Assembly: GCA_963825135.1 (NCBI GenBank)
Contig: CAWGRW010000009.1
Coordinates: forward strand, 672,001 to 736,000
DNA length: 64,000 nucleotides
Direction of reading: 5' to 3'
Origin: an uncultured bacterium
GTDB taxonomy: Bacteria; Desulfobacterota_D; UBA1144; Nemesobacterales; UBA2774
Shown here: one piece after another, positions 62,075 through 64,000 of the stretch
Position numbering within the stretch: position 1 is the stretch's first letter
Layout: every line of letters starts with the position of its first letter
Position numbers and translations under genes: made by a program
The notes under the pieces: model-generated
Databases searched by the model: none
The model's input: only the letters and a program-made list of their open reading frames with translations
Told to the model about the DNA's origin: nothing

Positions 62075-63037
62075 TACAGATGTCGATAGTTCGTGCGATC
62101 CGTTCTGTTCCAGCCATTCGAGCATTCTGCTGACACTGCCGGTGGCCAGTGCGATGCTCGTATCCGCCGCGCCGTAATACATGCGGATGATGTCGCCGTC
62201 CGGCTCGATGGTGTAGCCGCAGGGAAAGACTACGTTGTCTACATCCCCGGGCTGCTCGTAGAGTTCTTCCGGGCCAAAGAACCATTCGTCGCTGCGTTTC
62301 AGGCAGAGCTCCGGCGTATGTAAATCAAACAGGGCCAGTCCCAGCCGGTAAATGCTGCCGCTCGCCGTCTGACGTACGCCGTGGTAAATCACCAGCCAGC
62401 CCTCCGGGGTTTCGATGGGCGGCGGCGAGAGGCCTATTTTATTGGCATCCCACCACGCGCCCCGGCGGGCTTCGAGCATCAGCTTGTGGTCGCCCCAATG
62501 TCGCAGGTCCGGCGAGTAGGATATCCACATGTGCGCGCGGGGGGCACTGACAGGGCGATGGATCAAGGCCCAATGGCCGCCAATACGATGAGGCAGCAAG
62601 GCCGCATCTTTATCCTCCGGCGACATGATCACTCCGTAGCGCTCGAAACTGACGAAATCTTCTGTGAACGCCAGGGCCACGCCAGGGCCGTCGCGTGTGT
62701 AGGCGGTATAGACAATGGCATACTTTCCTAATTCAGGAACGTAGGTGATGCGCGGGTCTTCGATACCCCAGAGTTCCTCCGGGTAGTGCTCGGGATCGGC
62801 CAATAGTGAAGGCCGGGGATCGATCTGCCAGTTGTCGACGCCATTTGCGGAACGGGCCACGCAAAAGTGGGAATGGCCGCGCCGGTCCTCCACGCGGCAC
62901 AAGAGCAGGGTTGTCCCGTCGGGCAGCAAGGTGGCGCCGGGATTAAAAACGCTATGGACCGGATAGGGCCAATCGGCCGCGGTCAAGATCGGATTGCGTT
63001 CGTGACGGTGAAAGAGTTTAAGGTATTTATTGTTCAT
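62072..63037 (-). CDS. GH130-family glycoside hydrolase/phosphorylase
   Basis: NPIL, VFNPGA, GIEDPRIT, DKDAALLP, HRP, GWLVIYHGV, VVFPCG, YYGAAD. Confidence 0.9.
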   Translation of the reverse strand: MNNKYLKLFHRHERNPILTAADWPYPVHSVFNPGATLLPDGTTLLLCRVEDRRGHSHFCVARSANGVDNWQIDPRPSLLADPEHYPEELWGIEDPRITYVPELGKYAIVYTAYTRDGPGVALAFTEDFVSFERYGVIMSPEDKDAALLPHRIGGHWALIHRPVSAPRAHMWISYSPDLRHWGDHKLMLEARRGAWWDANKIGLSPPPIETPEGWLVIYHGVRQTASGSIYRLGLALFDLHTPELCLKRSDEWFFGPEELYEQPGDVDNVVFPCGYTIEPDGDIIRMYYGAADTSIALATGSVSRMLEWLEQNGSHELSTSV

Positions 63038-64000
63038 TTAGATCGTGCCTCCAGTGTTAGTATAGTACCTTCGGCCAGGCGCAGCTCCAGCAGGGCCTGA
63101 AGAAAGGCCAGCGTAGACTCCGCGCCCTGATTCTCGTTCGGCCGGTCGGGATGCAAGCCGTCCCGGCAGCCGCCCGTCGTCGGATCGTAAACGGAAAGGT
63201 TCAAATCGTTGCGTCCGAGGAACCACTCGAAAGCACGGCGGGCTTCTTTGCGCCAGCGCTTGTCTCCGGTGATCCGGTAGGCTTCGAGGCATGCCGAGAC
63301 CATGGCTTGCGCCTCCACCGGCTGCTGATCGAAGCGGGCGCGCTCACCGCCCCGCTTATAGAAGCCGTTGGAGCCGATGGGGACGAAATGACCCCCCTGC
63401 GCGGCAGCGCGCTGCAAGTCGGCAAGCCAGCCGAGCGACTCCAGTCCTGCTTCGGTCATTTCGTTATTCGGTATCCATTGACCGCACATGAGCATGGCCT
63501 GGGGCAGCACTGCGTTGCAATAGGTCAGCTCATCTTCATACCAGCGCCATTCGTCCGAGCGGCAGTTTCGATACAAGGCCAGCAACCGCCCGGCCAGTTC
63601 TTCGCGCACCTGGCTGGCCCTGCGGTCACCGGCAAAGCGCCGCAGATACTCGTGGATGCCGATGAGCGCGAAGGCCCAGGCCCGTGGGCTGGTCGTGTCG
63701 AGAATGGCTGGAAGCGCCTGCTCGAACACCATGCCCGCCATGCTCCGGAAGGCCGGCATGTTGGAGCGGCCCAATACGGTGCACAACGCCCACAACGCGC
63801 GGCCGTGACTGTCTTCGGAACCGTTCTCCTCCAGCCAATTGCGCTGATAATCCAGAAAGTTGCGAAATCGTCCGGTCTCCGCGTTGAACGCATACCAGAC
63901 AAAGGCGAGATACCGGGAAGCCAGCTCCAGGGCCTCTTCGTTGCCCAGTTCTTCCAGGAGCGTGCTTACCATCAGAGCGCGGGCATTGTCGTCGGTGGTG
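63034..64000 (-). CDS. C-terminal (alpha/alpha) domain of a large glycosyltransferase-associated protein (partial, continues beyond the window)
   Basis: Frame open to the window edge (TTDDNARALMV...); RFRNF, SEDSHGRALW, FDQQP.EA, WFLG.N, GGC.DGL, NQGAESTL. This domain is usually fused behind a GT4 domain. Confidence 0.8.
   Translation of the reverse strand, partial: TTDDNARALMVSTLLEELGNEEALELASRYLAFVWYAFNAETGRFRNFLDYQRNWLEENGSEDSHGRALWALCTVLGRSNMPAFRSMAGMVFEQALPAILDTTSPRAWAFALIGIHEYLRRFAGDRRASQVREELAGRLLALYRNCRSDEWRWYEDELTYCNAVLPQAMLMCGQWIPNNEMTEAGLESLGWLADLQRAAAQGGHFVPIGSNGFYKRGGERARFDQQPVEAQAMVSACLEAYRITGDKRWRKEARRAFEWFLGRNDLNLSVYDPTTGGCRDGLHPDRPNENQGAESTLAFLQALLELRLAEGTILTLEARSK

Noticed and set aside
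62032..62110. Functional tRNA gene
   Set aside because: No 5' acceptor strand or D arm; the upstream sequence is GH130 coding DNA.

Overview
A 64 kb stretch of chromosomal core genome from a moderately GC-rich diderm bacterium. Gene style suggests a deltaproteobacteria-like lineage, possibly Candidatus Dadabacteria; this is inference and should be checked by classifying the 16S. In order the window holds: panBCD behind an attenuator-like leader; a three-gene lipid/headgroup operon; two DksA paralogues around mtnA-prmA; bamD; a secreted subtilase; ald; a 16S-tRNA-Ile-tRNA-Ala-23S operon with no 5S, while a 5S gene with its own promoter lies about 6.5 kb away; moeZ; a Tat-type vanadium haloperoxidase; tRNA-Leu with an integrase remnant; aroF; purN; a full-length but catalytically degenerate tyrosine recombinase; rpsU-dnaG-rpoD; ctpA and a divergent polysaccharide deacetylase; uppS-dxr-rseP; a sigma54 activator divergent from a PiT/CysP transporter and cysH; pyrE; a glycogen cluster lacking glgC; an APC-USP transporter; an NdvB-like GT2; metY-metX-metW; and a decayed tRNA 3' half that probably marks the edge of a genomic island carrying GH130 and glycosyltransferase genes. 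The most notable observations are four near-consensus sigma54 promoters (two of them driving sulfur-assimilation operons), the apparently dead recombinase beside the solo 5S gene, an RseP with an extra PDZ-like domain on the predicted cytoplasmic side, and the cytidylyltransferase / CDP-alcohol phosphotransferase / AspH-like hydroxylase operon. rpoD and malQ each carry a single-base frameshift, probably sequencing error. No CRISPR array was seen.
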